A DNA stretch of 64,000 nucleotides, taken from the IMG/VR virus record IMGVR_UViG_3300043313_000605, positions 129 through 64,128 of that record. One strand, written 5' to 3'. Below the pieces are notes generated by a model that saw only the letters and a list, made by a program, of their open reading frames with translations, was not told where the DNA came from and did not search any database. Made by a program: the position numbers and the translations under genes. Every line of letters starts with the position of its first letter. Position 1 is the first letter of the stretch. This DNA is from a virus (lineage: Duplodnaviria; Caudoviricetes). This document shows positions 9,384-18,900 of the stretch, one piece after another.

Positions 9384-9579
9384 TCGTCCCTCGTGATATC
9401 CGATACCGTGCCGTACGACAGTATTGGCAGTCGCTATGGCCCATGTCCACTTCATCCGACTCGATGGCCTTGCACGCCTCGCACAGTTGCTCGTCATCGC
9501 CGCCGCGCCATGCAATCTGAACGTCGCACCCGACACACTGCGTCTTGATCAGCGGCGTATCGAGTTGATCATCCGCCAT
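9376..9579 (-). CDS. small Cys-rich protein
   Basis: CVGC, CEAC, CQYC in the C-terminal part of ORF 9376..9735. Confidence 0.55.
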   Translation of the reverse strand: MADDQLDTPLIKTQCVGCDVQIAWRGGDDEQLCEACKAIESDEVDMGHSDCQYCRTARYRISRGTNG

Positions 9580-9739
9580 CGTCTTGATTGCGAAGGATGC
9601 GAAAGTACGTGTCATCGCCCTCTTTCTGCACCGCCGTCTGTCGATCGATCGCGGCCGAGATGCGGTGGGCGACGCTGTGCAGCGCGTGAACGACAGCAGC
9701 AACCAGAAAGACGACTGCGACCCATTGGAAATCATTCAT
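9569..9739 (-). CDS. small membrane protein, 56 aa
   Basis: Manual translation MNDFQWVAVVFLVAAVVHAL...; GTTAACTGGAGGGAG leader. Confidence 0.55.
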   Translation of the reverse strand: MNDFQWVAVVFLVAAVVHALHSVAHRISAAIDRQTAVQKEGDDTYFRILRNQDDGG

Positions 9740-9758
9740 TGCTCCCTCCAGTTAACCG

Positions 9759-10007
9759 TTATTTCCGCTCCACCGGACCACCGCAATACCGACAATGGGT
9801 TTTGCGTAATGCTCCACCAATCTCCTCCAGCTTGAACACACACCAGCCGATCGGGCTTTTGTCGCATTCCCAGAAATTCGACACTGCGTAATCGAGGAAA
9901 TGAAAATCAGGAATCACCAGCTTTGCAATTTCATTGACCTCAGATTGCGCACGATCGATCGCGCGCCAATGCGAACCAATAAGTTCTCGCGCAAGCGGAT
10001 CAACCAT
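9759..10007 (-). CDS. small Cys-containing protein
   Basis: WECDKSPIGWCVF...CRYCGGP. Confidence 0.6.
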   Translation of the reverse strand: MVDPLARELIGSHWRAIDRAQSEVNEIAKLVIPDFHFLDYAVSNFWECDKSPIGWCVFKLEEIGGALRKTHCRYCGGPVERK

Positions 10008-10392
10008 TCCGCGCCCCGTGCGGATCGTCCTGCGCCGACCCGAAGACCGGCCCCGTGCCACTCTCCACAACGGTTGGCGCGGCCGACCCCGTTTTGTCTT
10101 GCCGATGCTTCCGGCCCTCGTGATACCGGCGCAGCGTCTTGATGTTGTGATACGACTCATGGTAGCCGTCACGCAACCGATGCGTGTGCTGCCGCTCCCC
10201 TTCCGTGCGCGGCTTCACGCGGTTGTCGAGCCGGTACACCTGATGCCGTAGCTCGGCCTCGACGATGTACAGCGCGTCGATCAGCTTCCCCAGATCACGC
10301 GTGATCGGGTGCGACGTATCGACCAGATCGACATGGCGTTCGTCGCCCTCTGGTAGCTCCTCGTCGTCGTCGATGTATGGTGAGTCGATCAT
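10000..10392 (-). CDS. hypothetical protein
   Basis: GAGGAG RBS; ATGA coupling. Confidence 0.65.
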   Translation of the reverse strand: MIDSPYIDDDEELPEGDERHVDLVDTSHPITRDLGKLIDALYIVEAELRHQVYRLDNRVKPRTEGERQHTHRLRDGYHESYHNIKTLRRYHEGRKHRQDKTGSAAPTVVESGTGPVFGSAQDDPHGARNG

Positions 10393-10766
10393 TTTTGCTC
10401 CTCGACAATGTATTCCAAATCAAGCATGTCCCATGCAGCCAGCATCAACTCGAAATCGCTGGGCAGCATGTCTAGCTCGCTGAATCGATGTGCCTGCGGC
10501 ATGTTCGCTTTCTTGCCGGCGAACGTCAGCATCTTCCCAGACTCCCGGTCGCGCAACTGCGCCACCAGCTTCGTTTCGTCCAAAATGGCTACGGGGACTG
10601 TCCGTAGCCATCTCGGTTCGTCGGTCACGCGAATCTCAACAAGTCGGAGCAGGAAGCGTTGGTACGTCTCAGGCTTCTCCTGTTGCGCAACGGTCTGCGC
10701 GTGCTTCTCGGGATGATGCTGCTCGGCCCACGAGAGCACCAACGCTTCCAACTCCTGAATCATCAA
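10389..10766 (-). CDS. hypothetical protein
   Basis: Coupled ORF with protein-like composition. Confidence 0.65.
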   Translation of the reverse strand: MMIQELEALVLSWAEQHHPEKHAQTVAQQEKPETYQRFLLRLVEIRVTDEPRWLRTVPVAILDETKLVAQLRDRESGKMLTFAGKKANMPQAHRFSELDMLPSDFELMLAAWDMLDLEYIVEEQK

Positions 10767-11566
10767 TGCACCGCCTGCCCGTTCCGCGTACGCGGCACCG
10801 GACGCTCGGCGAGCATGCGCTTCCGGGTCTCGATCGCTTTCTCGCCCGCCTCGATCGCGGTGTGGCTGTTTGTCGCTGACGCCACCGCCGTGCTGCTGGT
10901 GCCGCTGATGCCGATATCCAGATGCAGCGCGGCCTCGACCGGCTCATCGAGCGACTGCGGCAGATCGCCGCGCGTGTCGTTCTCGCTCGGCACCGTGATG
11001 GCATGCCACCCGCCCTCGAAATTCTTGCGCAGCGCGCGGACGGGCCCCATCTGGAACACGTCGTAGCCATACTGCGCGTAGTGCTCGATGACAGCCGCTT
11101 CAGCGGCGTTGCGCGGCAGCTTCCGGCTTTCCTCGCGCTGCGCCTCGACAGCCTTCTGCGTGGTACGCGCCGCGTTGAGCGCTCCGTTGACGTTCCCCGG
11201 CTCGGCGATCAGCCCATCGACGAACGCGAACACGACGGCGCTGGACGCGGCATCGAACTCGAATGGTCCCAGCCCATGTGCCGGCCAAAACGCAATCCGC
11301 ACTTCTTCGTCGAGCGTCTTCGGCAATGCCGGCCCGTCAGCGGTGACGGCGACCTTCATGTCGAATGGCAGCGTGTCGATGGTGTACATGCCAGCATCTT
11401 CGACCAGCTCGCGAAGGGCCGCTTGCGTCGGATCGACACCCTCGACTGGCGCCTTGCCGAGCAACGCCAGTAACGACCGGCCGATGCGCGATGACTCCAC
11501 GTTGTAGACGCTAAAGCCACGACGCGCGTATTCGTCTTTGACGGCCTGCTCCTGCTCTCTACTCAT
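10763..11566 (-). CDS. hypothetical protein with an internal duplication
   Basis: AVKDEYARRGFSVY vs AVIEHYAQYGYDVF, and LPKTLDEEV vs LPQSLDEPV; AAGGGGG RBS. Confidence 0.7.
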   Translation of the reverse strand: MSREQEQAVKDEYARRGFSVYNVESSRIGRSLLALLGKAPVEGVDPTQAALRELVEDAGMYTIDTLPFDMKVAVTADGPALPKTLDEEVRIAFWPAHGLGPFEFDAASSAVVFAFVDGLIAEPGNVNGALNAARTTQKAVEAQREESRKLPRNAAEAAVIEHYAQYGYDVFQMGPVRALRKNFEGGWHAITVPSENDTRGDLPQSLDEPVEAALHLDIGISGTSSTAVASATNSHTAIEAGEKAIETRKRMLAERPVPRTRNGQAVH

Positions 11567-11627
11567 ATCAGTTGTCCCCCTTGTCAGTGAATTGGTCCTA
11601 CAGTGAACGCCAAGAATAGTACCCTTT

Positions 11628-11810
11628 TTAGGGGCTCGGCGCAACCCTTTCTGCCATGCAATACTCCGGACGCGTATCACGACCAACGACGATGTAACTC
11701 TGGCACGACCGGCAGACATATTTGCGCCCGCCAGTCATCCCATAGCAGGTATCGACACACACCAGATCGCCCCCACACTTCCCGCGCTCGATCAACAGCT
11801 TACTCGGCAT
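11628..11810 (-). CDS. small Zn-ribbon protein
   Basis: KCGG...YVCRSC; follows the primase-helicase stop. Confidence 0.5.
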   Translation of the reverse strand: MPSKLLIERGKCGGDLVCVDTCYGMTGGRKYVCRSCQSYIVVGRDTRPEYCMAERVAPSP

Positions 11811-11812
11811 GG

Positions 11813-14800
11813 CTACCACTCCGGTTCTTCCGGTTCGCTGTTCGCGTCAGGGCGGGCGCCATTGCCCCTAGAATGCCCTGTAAGCCCTCCAAACCCGTCG
11901 CCGTCAAGGGAACGCCCTGACCGCTGTGCGATCTCGTCTCGGAGCCACCGGATCGCCGCTGGGGTCTTCACGTAGTTGTTGTTCGCCCCCTTCCGCAAGA
12001 ATCCGACGTTCCGGAGCGTCCAGACGGCGGTCCTGAGCGCATTCCGATCTTCGATGCCCAGAATCTCGGTAATGTCGCGCAGGCTGAATGCTTCCTGCTC
12101 CAGCATCGCCCTGACCGCGCCGTCGTTGCTGCGCATGATGCGCGCAACCTCGTCATCGCCCGTGATCTCGTACCGGCGCTTCATGTTGCCGGCGTACTCC
12201 GTGAACGCGAGCGACGGCTTCGAGTAGATCGTATCCAAGAACTGTCCCACGAACTCAACATGCTCTGGCTTGACGATGACCACGTTCCCGTCGTCATCCG
12301 TTGAGAAGAACAGCGCCGCCGTTGCCACGGCGAGCCGTGCGATCTTGATGCGCTGCTCGTTCGGCTCGACCAGCGGAATCTCGGTCCCGTACCGATACGT
12401 GTCACCGTGCCGCATCGCGACGGCGAGCACCGCATCGACGGCATCAGCGGCCCACACCACCTGATCTGCTTTCCGCGACCACGCCCACATCACGCGCTGG
12501 TGGCACAGTTCCGCCGTGAAGATTGCCGGCTCACGATACTCCCGTGTCGCGTTGACGACCGACAGCGGCACGTCATCGGTGGCTGCGGTGAGCACGAGAT
12601 CGAATCGCGCGATGTCTTCTGGGGCGCCGATCATTTCCTTGACCGCCAGCACGCCTTGCGAATAGAACGAGAGCGGCTTGTTCCCTCTGGGGTTCGTAAT
12701 CCAGATCGATCGTGTGCGGGCGAATGTCTTCTCCGTGTGAATCTTCACGATCTCCGCGATGCCACTCGATCGCATCGACGACATGCGCCCGATGTGATCC
12801 TGCGACAGATTGCCCGCCTCGTCGATCACCAGCAGTCGGCGATCATTGAGCGGTACGCGACCCCATTGCAGGGCCCAGTTGGTGCCGACTTGATGAAGTC
12901 CGCCGACAAGACCAGCAAATGATGTATTCTCTCCTGTCGTAAACTCTCCAGCACCGTAATGCAACTGCATTCGCTCGACGATGGTGGATTTACCAGTGCG
13001 AGAGTCGCCGATGATGAGTGCTTCTGACCATCCACGCTTCAGCGCCTCGCCTTGAAAGGTGAACCCGATGAGGGAGTGGTAGACGAGATCGACGGCAAGC
13101 ATGAGATCACGCCGCTGATAGATGCGGGTGACCCCCTCGATGTCGTGATAAATGCCGTTAAGTCGATCCCACAGTCCCTGTACGCCTGCACCAGTTGGTT
13201 GAAAGGCACGTAGTCTCTCCGTGATTGCGTCCGTGAGTTGGAACGCATCGATGTTCGACTGGGCAGGAACGGCTTCATAGATCAGGTGGGTGGCAAGTTG
13301 CCGGCGTGGCTCTGGCACCGTCACGCCGTTCATCACGTAGCTCCGATTGGCTTGGAGCCCGTGTCCGATGTAGTACGCTTCGCGCGTGACGTACGTCCCT
13401 TCGTTCTCGCTGCCGCGCTCGACTTCCGGAATCATCTGCATGACTTCGATGTTGAGCGCATCGACGACCGTCTGCTCGACGAACCGGCACTTGGACGGCA
13501 CGCCGACCTTGCCTTTGATCTGCTTCCCCAGCGTCGCGTCTGGGACGTTGATGAATTGCAGAATCTCATTCGAGGCAAACTCGATCTTGTGCGTCATCGA
13601 GCCGGCCTTCCGCCCCACGGGACACCGCTCGCACATCGGCAGCCCCGGCATCCGGCACGACAGCTTTACCTCGTGCGGGACCAGATACGGCGCAGTTGTT
13701 TTGCCCGATACCATGACATTGACGCGTATCGGCTTGTTGTAGTATTGCTTCTCTGTCGCGCGCGACAGATGGACCAGTGTCGGTTCCTGATCCGCGATCG
13801 GGATGGCGTCTGATTCGCTGGGCACATACAGCGGTGTGCTCCCCACGATCGAATGAAAGTCGTCGATCGAGTGTCCGTGCAGAATGAAGTAGTCGCTGAT
13901 GTCTGGTCCGTGCGTCGGCTTGTACGCCAGTGGCAACTGCACGACCTTAATGCTTGCCGCAGTGCCGTGAATCTCTCTGGCGACGTTGGCTGCCCCTTTT
14001 CGTCCTGCGTCGTCCACATCATAGCAAATGACGACATCCCGGTCACGGACCAGCGGCGTAAATGCGTCACGCCAAGTTCCTGCGCCAGCCGTTGTAGTGT
14101 ACGCGTTGAGCCCCAACTGCCGCGAAACAAGAGTGTCCCATTCTCCCTCACACAGATAGATGGGACCAGTTGCTTCCCATTGATCCAGCGGATACAAGCG
14201 CGCCTCGCCGTAGCCCGTGCGCCACGAGACCATCTTTTCATGCGCTTGCTTCGCATTCGGATCGTAGCGCCGGATGTTGACGATGGCGCCGTCAGTATCG
14301 CGCACTGGAATCGTGAATCGGCGTCCGTCATGCCCCAGCATGTAGCGTTCGATACTGCCATGCGATAAGCCTCGCTTCGTCGCGAGGTAGTCAACATGGT
14401 CTGGCGTTGCGAGTAGCCGCGCATGGAATGCCTCTGGAATCGACGGGTCAATCGTTAGCCGTTCGTCCGATCCTCCGGAAGCCACCCGTGTTCGTTGGCG
14501 CGAAGCTGGCGCTTGTGCTCCGTTGTCGGATGGAGATGCGACCGGATGTCCGTTGGGACTGACTTCACTTCCCCGATCGGGCGCGGCGGGTTGGTGACCG
14601 TTCGATGCGGCCGGATGTTGCTCTCGTTCCAAGTACGCTGCCAAGACGTCTTCCGACGAGCGACGACGCGTAGGATCACCACCAGCGACAGAATAGCCGC
14701 GAGGATGAGAAACGGAACGGGATGTGTCGAGATGTAGTCGATCAGCGATCTCATTGACTGCCTCCGTGAATGTGAGTGAACGCTTTTTCCGGTACAGATC

Positions 14801-15019
14801 GAAGATGTCCCCGCGCGCACCGCACACGGGGTTGTGACAGAAATACAGACCGTCCCTCACATTGACTGAGAAGCACGGCGTATCGGTGTTGTCGTGAAAA
14901 GGGCAGAGCGCCATGCGCTCATTCCCGCGACCACGCATCGACGGCAGCAGTTCCGCGAAGATGGCTGCGTAGTCGATGCGGTCGCGAATGCGAACGACCA
15001 ATTCGTCGAGCGACGTCAT
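11813..15019 (-). CDS. DNA primase-helicase: CHC2 Zn finger + TOPRIM + MCM-like AAA+ helicase
   Basis: CPFHDNTDTP...YFCHNPVC; YLCEGEWD and CYDVDDAG (TOPRIM); IGDSRTGKS, SFAGL, LLVIDEAG, IARFDL (MCM-type Walker A/B and Arg finger). Confidence 0.88.
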   Translation of the reverse strand: MTSLDELVVRIRDRIDYAAIFAELLPSMRGRGNERMALCPFHDNTDTPCFSVNVRDGLYFCHNPVCGARGDIFDLYRKKRSLTFTEAVNEIADRLHLDTSRSVSHPRGYSVAGGDPTRRRSSEDVLAAYLEREQHPAASNGHQPAAPDRGSEVSPNGHPVASPSDNGAQAPASRQRTRVASGGSDERLTIDPSIPEAFHARLLATPDHVDYLATKRGLSHGSIERYMLGHDGRRFTIPVRDTDGAIVNIRRYDPNAKQAHEKMVSWRTGYGEARLYPLDQWEATGPIYLCEGEWDTLVSRQLGLNAYTTTAGAGTWRDAFTPLVRDRDVVICYDVDDAGRKGAANVAREIHGTAASIKVVQLPLAYKPTHGPDISDYFILHGHSIDDFHSIVGSTPLYVPSESDAIPIADQEPTLVHLSRATEKQYYNKPIRVNVMVSGKTTAPYLVPHEVKLSCRMPGLPMCERCPVGRKAGSMTHKIEFASNEILQFINVPDATLGKQIKGKVGVPSKCRFVEQTVVDALNIEVMQMIPEVERGSENEGTYVTREAYYIGHGLQANRSYVMNGVTVPEPRRQLATHLIYEAVPAQSNIDAFQLTDAITERLRAFQPTGAGVQGLWDRLNGIYHDIEGVTRIYQRRDLMLAVDLVYHSLIGFTFQGEALKRGWSEALIIGDSRTGKSTIVERMQLHYGAGEFTTGENTSFAGLVGGLHQVGTNWALQWGRVPLNDRRLLVIDEAGNLSQDHIGRMSSMRSSGIAEIVKIHTEKTFARTRSIWITNPRGNKPLSFYSQGVLAVKEMIGAPEDIARFDLVLTAATDDVPLSVVNATREYREPAIFTAELCHQRVMWAWSRKADQVVWAADAVDAVLAVAMRHGDTYRYGTEIPLVEPNEQRIKIARLAVATAALFFSTDDDGNVVIVKPEHVEFVGQFLDTIYSKPSLAFTEYAGNMKRRYEITGDDEVARIMRSNDGAVRAMLEQEAFSLRDITEILGIEDRNALRTAVWTLRNVGFLRKGANNNYVKTPAAIRWLRDEIAQRSGRSLDGDGFGGLTGHSRGNGARPDANSEPEEPEW
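14455..14754 (-). CDS. nested (+1 frame) putative single-TM protein, 99 aa, inside the primase linker
   Basis: GGAGG 7 nt before ATG; TM PFLILAAILSLVVILRVV followed by RRK; GC-ending codons in this frame. Confidence 0.6.
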   Translation of the reverse strand: MRSLIDYISTHPVPFLILAAILSLVVILRVVARRKTSWQRTWNESNIRPHRTVTNPPRPIGEVKSVPTDIRSHLHPTTEHKRQLRANEHGWLPEDRTNG

Positions 15020-15158
15020 TGCTGGGGCGAGTGACAGGGGAACGAACGGTAGGATGGTGGTAGGGTTGGAGTTTTCCTAATCACTTGGTCCCCTCAGAAA
15101 CCCAAGCAACCAGAGCGCCCTTACGGGTAGCCCACTCCCCCTACCACCAACCGTTGTG

Positions 15159-16022
15159 CTACCACGGAATGTCGTCGTCTTCCGCCGCTTCTCCGGGTTC
15201 GGCCTCGACCACCTGCGCCGTCACCGGGGCGGGTGGGAACAGCGTCGTGCGATACCGCTCACGCTGCGCCATCGCCGCTTGAAACTCCTCGGGCTCCGCA
15301 TCGCGCACGATGGAGAAATCGAGCACGGCGTACGGGTTGTGCGCCGGACCGGCTCTGTGCTGGCTGAACTTCACGATCTTGGTCTGATACGGAATCAGTT
15401 GATCGAGCAGCCCGTTGGCCCACTCGTCGAACGCCGGCACCGATGTGGGCGGCGCGACGAGCACCACGGGTGCCAGCCGATCGGGAAGCCGGATGTAGAT
15501 GCGCCGCTGGTTCGTCACGGCCTTGCCACGCGGACTCTTGTTCGGCGATGCCACCAGCTTGTGTCCCGTGCCCCACTGGTTGTACGGGCATGTCCCACAC
15601 GCGACTTTCAGGATGCCATCGCCCACCTGACCAGCCGGCAGTCCCTCGTGCGCAAAGCCTTCGCGCGGAATGCCGTACTCGTCATCGTTGCTGCTGCACG
15701 CTGGCAGTGACGACAGCTTGTTGTTCGGGTCCGGCGCCGTGCCGTACGGCTTGTCCCACAGCACGTTCGACGGATGCGCGTGCAGGATCATCCCCTCGAA
15801 TTCCTGAAACGTCTTTCCCGGCTTGTCCGTCAACTCGAATTGACAGGCGCCGGAACTGAGCATCTTCACCTGCGTCAGATCGATCGGTGAATGGATGCTC
15901 GATGCCTGCACACGGAGCAGTTCTGCTCTCTGCTCGTCAGACATCAGATGCGCGAGCGACGTTCCCGGTGCGCGCTCGTCTTGCGGTCCTGCGGGTGTTG
16001 ACGATGGCATTGCTCTCTCCAT
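15159..16022 (-). CDS. putative ssDNA-binding/annealing protein
   Basis: Lies between the helicases; CxxCPYNQWG; acidic C-terminal tail EDDDIPW typical of SSBs. Confidence 0.6.
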   Translation of the reverse strand: MERAMPSSTPAGPQDERAPGTSLAHLMSDEQRAELLRVQASSIHSPIDLTQVKMLSSGACQFELTDKPGKTFQEFEGMILHAHPSNVLWDKPYGTAPDPNNKLSSLPACSSNDDEYGIPREGFAHEGLPAGQVGDGILKVACGTCPYNQWGTGHKLVASPNKSPRGKAVTNQRRIYIRLPDRLAPVVLVAPPTSVPAFDEWANGLLDQLIPYQTKIVKFSQHRAGPAHNPYAVLDFSIVRDAEPEEFQAAMAQRERYRTTLFPPAPVTAQVVEAEPGEAAEDDDIPW

Positions 16023-16120
16023 GATCGTTGGCAGTTGCGGCGCAGGGCAGACGCGACGCGCCGTTGAAACAGTGAACGGGTCCGGATGGTACTACTCGGG
16101 CTGGGAGTCGTCAAGCAGTG

Positions 16121-16525
16121 TCAGCCAGCACCCCTGACACGCTTCTCACCACGCGGTTTCGGCGGTGGCTTAACGTCTGAAATACCAACGCGTTGATAGC
16201 GTTCGTTGCGCACGGCGTTCCACACTTCCTCGGTTACGTGGAGCAGGTACGCGCAGTGCCCGCATTGCAGCTTGTGCGAGTACGAGAACGTGAATGTCCG
16301 GATGACCGGCGTCCACGCCCCGCCGAACGCGTCGTGCATGTCCTTGTTGCAGTTCGGGCAGACGAGTGGCGCACGATCGACAACGGTTGTGCGCTCGACG
16401 CACTCGTCGCACGGCGGATCGTCTGGGCAGATCGGATGCTCGATGTCGAGTTGCAGCGACTTCGCGCGCCGCGCTTCGTTCCGCTCGTATGCCTCGTCTG
16501 CAAGCTGGCGCTTCGACTTCGCCAT
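16121..16525 (-). CDS. Zn-binding hypothetical protein
   Basis: CPDDPPCDEC, CPNC, CGHC; GGGAGG RBS. Confidence 0.7.
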   Translation of the reverse strand: MAKSKRQLADEAYERNEARRAKSLQLDIEHPICPDDPPCDECVERTTVVDRAPLVCPNCNKDMHDAFGGAWTPVIRTFTFSYSHKLQCGHCAYLLHVTEEVWNAVRNERYQRVGISDVKPPPKPRGEKRVRGAG

Positions 16526-16527
16526 CG

Positions 16528-16737
16528 TTACCTCCCGACTCGCTCACGGTTGACGGATGCGATGGCGTAGTTCCGAGCCTTCGCGTACTCCGGTGTCAGC
16601 AATCCACGTCCATGATCGTACGTCTTCCAGACGGCATTGCGCAACGGTTGTGGAACGGCGAACCAGTGCGGCTTACACATGAGATGCCCAGTTTCAGGCA
16701 CTCTCGTACAGCCGATGATCGGACAACTCCGTGGCAT
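16528..16737 (-). CDS. small Zn-finger protein
   Basis: CPIIGC...LMCKPHW; GGGGAG RBS. Confidence 0.7.
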   Translation of the reverse strand: MPRSCPIIGCTRVPETGHLMCKPHWFAVPQPLRNAVWKTYDHGRGLLTPEYAKARNYAIASVNRERVGR

Positions 16738-16791
16738 GATTACTCCCCTACGAGTAGCGGGGCGCACAACCGTTGTGCGCCCCTCGTGACG

Positions 16792-17040
16792 TTACTCCTT
16801 CCCGTGAACGCTCTTGATGCGCGCCGTCGTGCCTTCCGCCTGCAATGAATCGACGAACTGGTTCACGTCCGCGAGACCGGCCTTCGTGGTCTCGATCTCG
16901 ACGGATACGATGAACCGATCCTTCGACGCGCGCGGCTTCCGCGTGCCGTTCTTCGCGCGTGGCTTGCGCGTACGCGGCGCACTCTCGGTCGTGGTGTCAG
17001 TGGACTCCGCGCCTTCTACTGCTGCTCGTTCTCTCGGCAT
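16792..17040 (-). CDS. small basic protein, possibly DNA-binding
   Basis: TRKPRA repeated twice; GAGGGAG RBS. Confidence 0.65.
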   Translation of the reverse strand: MPRERAAVEGAESTDTTTESAPRTRKPRAKNGTRKPRASKDRFIVSVEIETTKAGLADVNQFVDSLQAEGTTARIKSVHGKE

Positions 17041-17067
17041 TGCTCCCTCGTGTGATAGTGATGCTCG

Positions 17068-18891
17068 CTACGCAGCGAGCGGTAAGAGCCCGATGTGACG
17101 CCGTAGATCGACCACGGCATCGGCCACGGACTTTTTGTGCTTCAGCGCGTCGAGCACGATTTCATCGCTCGTCCCAGTCGCCATCAGATCGATGTACGTC
17201 ACCTGTTGGTGCATCTGTGAGCCGCCGCGATGGTTGCGCCCTTCGGACTGCAAACGATTTTCCAGATCGTAGTTCTGTGAGTAGTAGATCGCGAGCGGCG
17301 CAATCTGCCAATTCATTCCCACGCCACCAGACGCCTGATTCGAGACCATGATCGGCGTCTCTCGGCCGACGAACCGGCGCACATGATTCCGCCGCGCCGT
17401 GTCCCCTTGCCCACCGTAGACGACCGCTGGCGCATACTCACTGAGCGCGCGAGCGATGCGTTCGACGTCCTGTCGATACCACGCCCAGATGATGATGCTG
17501 CCGTTCGGCACGTTCTCCTCGACCAACTCTTGCAGCGCGTTCAGCTTCGGGTTTGGATCGAACGTGAACGTCTCGCCCTGATCGTCCGTGACGAATCCGC
17601 TCGTGATTTGCGACAGCCGCAAGATCATCGTCAACTGGTTCGCCGCCGTCGCCACCTGATCGGATTCTTCCGACAGCGCCGTCACCAGATCGCGCTCTAG
17701 CTCCTCGTACGCCCGCTTCTGCTCTCTGGTCAACTCGACCAGTTCTTTCTGCCACACGCGCGGCGGGAGATCGGGGATGCCCATCTCTTTCGTCACGCGG
17801 TAGCCGCGCCGCCGCATGCGCAGCCCGATCTCCGTCTGCGCCTGCTCGTTCTTAACGGACACCTTGAACGTGTACGGATTCTCGACGAGCCATTCGCGCC
17901 GGTACTGCACGAAGTTTGGCCCGAACGTCACGCCGAGATCGACCATGTACCACTGCGACCACACGTCCTGCTCTCCACGGATGACCGGCGATCCCGTCAT
18001 GATCATGCGCCAGCGCGCCGCGTTGGCGAGCCGCATGCCGCTCTGCGTCATCTTCGCATCCGGGTTGCGCAACTTCTGCGACTCGTCGATCACGATCCCG
18101 GTTTTCTTCGATCGCATGAGCAGCAACAACTCGTCTTCCATCAACCGCAGCACGTCGTGATTGATCAGCACGACCGGATAGAACCCTTCGGGCACGACAC
18201 GCTCGCCGCGCGCGATACGCTTGATCATCTCGATCCGCTCGGGCACCGGCCCTCTGAGGAGGATCGGCTTAATGTCGCGCGTCCACTCCTCCGCTTCCAG
18301 TTCCCACACGCTGTCGAGCGTCGCTTTCTTGCCCGCGACGATCACGACATCGAGATCACCAGAGTGCAGTAGCTCGCGCATGACTTCGTAGGCCGCGCGC
18401 GTCTTGCCCGTGCCGACTTCGCCCAGAATAGCGCAGCCGTCGAGCCCGAGCCCCATCGCAGCCATGATCGCTTGATGGTTGTACTCGCCACGATACTTCC
18501 AGACGCGTACGCCTTCGGCCGTGTACTCGACGTATTCTTCATCGGCTGATGGATCGGCTGGCGTCCCTGCACGATTGTCCAACCACGGCAACTCCGGACG
18601 CCAGCCGGTCTCCAGCTTCTCGTGTAGCTCGCGAACAAACTCCTCACTCTTGGCTGCCGCCTTCGACCACGCAATGACTCCCGGCGTGCAGTACGACGCA
18701 AACTGTGCTTTCGAGACCCCCAACTCCTGCCGCATCGCTCTGAGCATTTCGAGCGTCAGCGACAACTCCACGGCACGGCGCTTGGGATTGACCGCCGCGC
18801 CGGGGAGCCCAGATAGCACCTGCATGGACGGCCCCGTGACATAGAGCCGTCCATACATTGCATCGATCTTTAGCTGGATCGTTGGTGGCAC
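17068..18891 (-). CDS. SNF2-family (SF2) helicase
   Basis: GEVGTGKT, VIDESQKLRN, MTGSP, GGVGMN, QSEGRNHR motifs. Confidence 0.9.
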   Translation of the reverse strand: MPPTIQLKIDAMYGRLYVTGPSMQVLSGLPGAAVNPKRRAVELSLTLEMLRAMRQELGVSKAQFASYCTPGVIAWSKAAAKSEEFVRELHEKLETGWRPELPWLDNRAGTPADPSADEEYVEYTAEGVRVWKYRGEYNHQAIMAAMGLGLDGCAILGEVGTGKTRAAYEVMRELLHSGDLDVVIVAGKKATLDSVWELEAEEWTRDIKPILLRGPVPERIEMIKRIARGERVVPEGFYPVVLINHDVLRLMEDELLLLMRSKKTGIVIDESQKLRNPDAKMTQSGMRLANAARWRMIMTGSPVIRGEQDVWSQWYMVDLGVTFGPNFVQYRREWLVENPYTFKVSVKNEQAQTEIGLRMRRRGYRVTKEMGIPDLPPRVWQKELVELTREQKRAYEELERDLVTALSEESDQVATAANQLTMILRLSQITSGFVTDDQGETFTFDPNPKLNALQELVEENVPNGSIIIWAWYRQDVERIARALSEYAPAVVYGGQGDTARRNHVRRFVGRETPIMVSNQASGGVGMNWQIAPLAIYYSQNYDLENRLQSEGRNHRGGSQMHQQVTYIDLMATGTSDEIVLDALKHKKSVADAVVDLRRHIGLLPLAA

Positions 18892-18900
18892 GAGTGTGTG

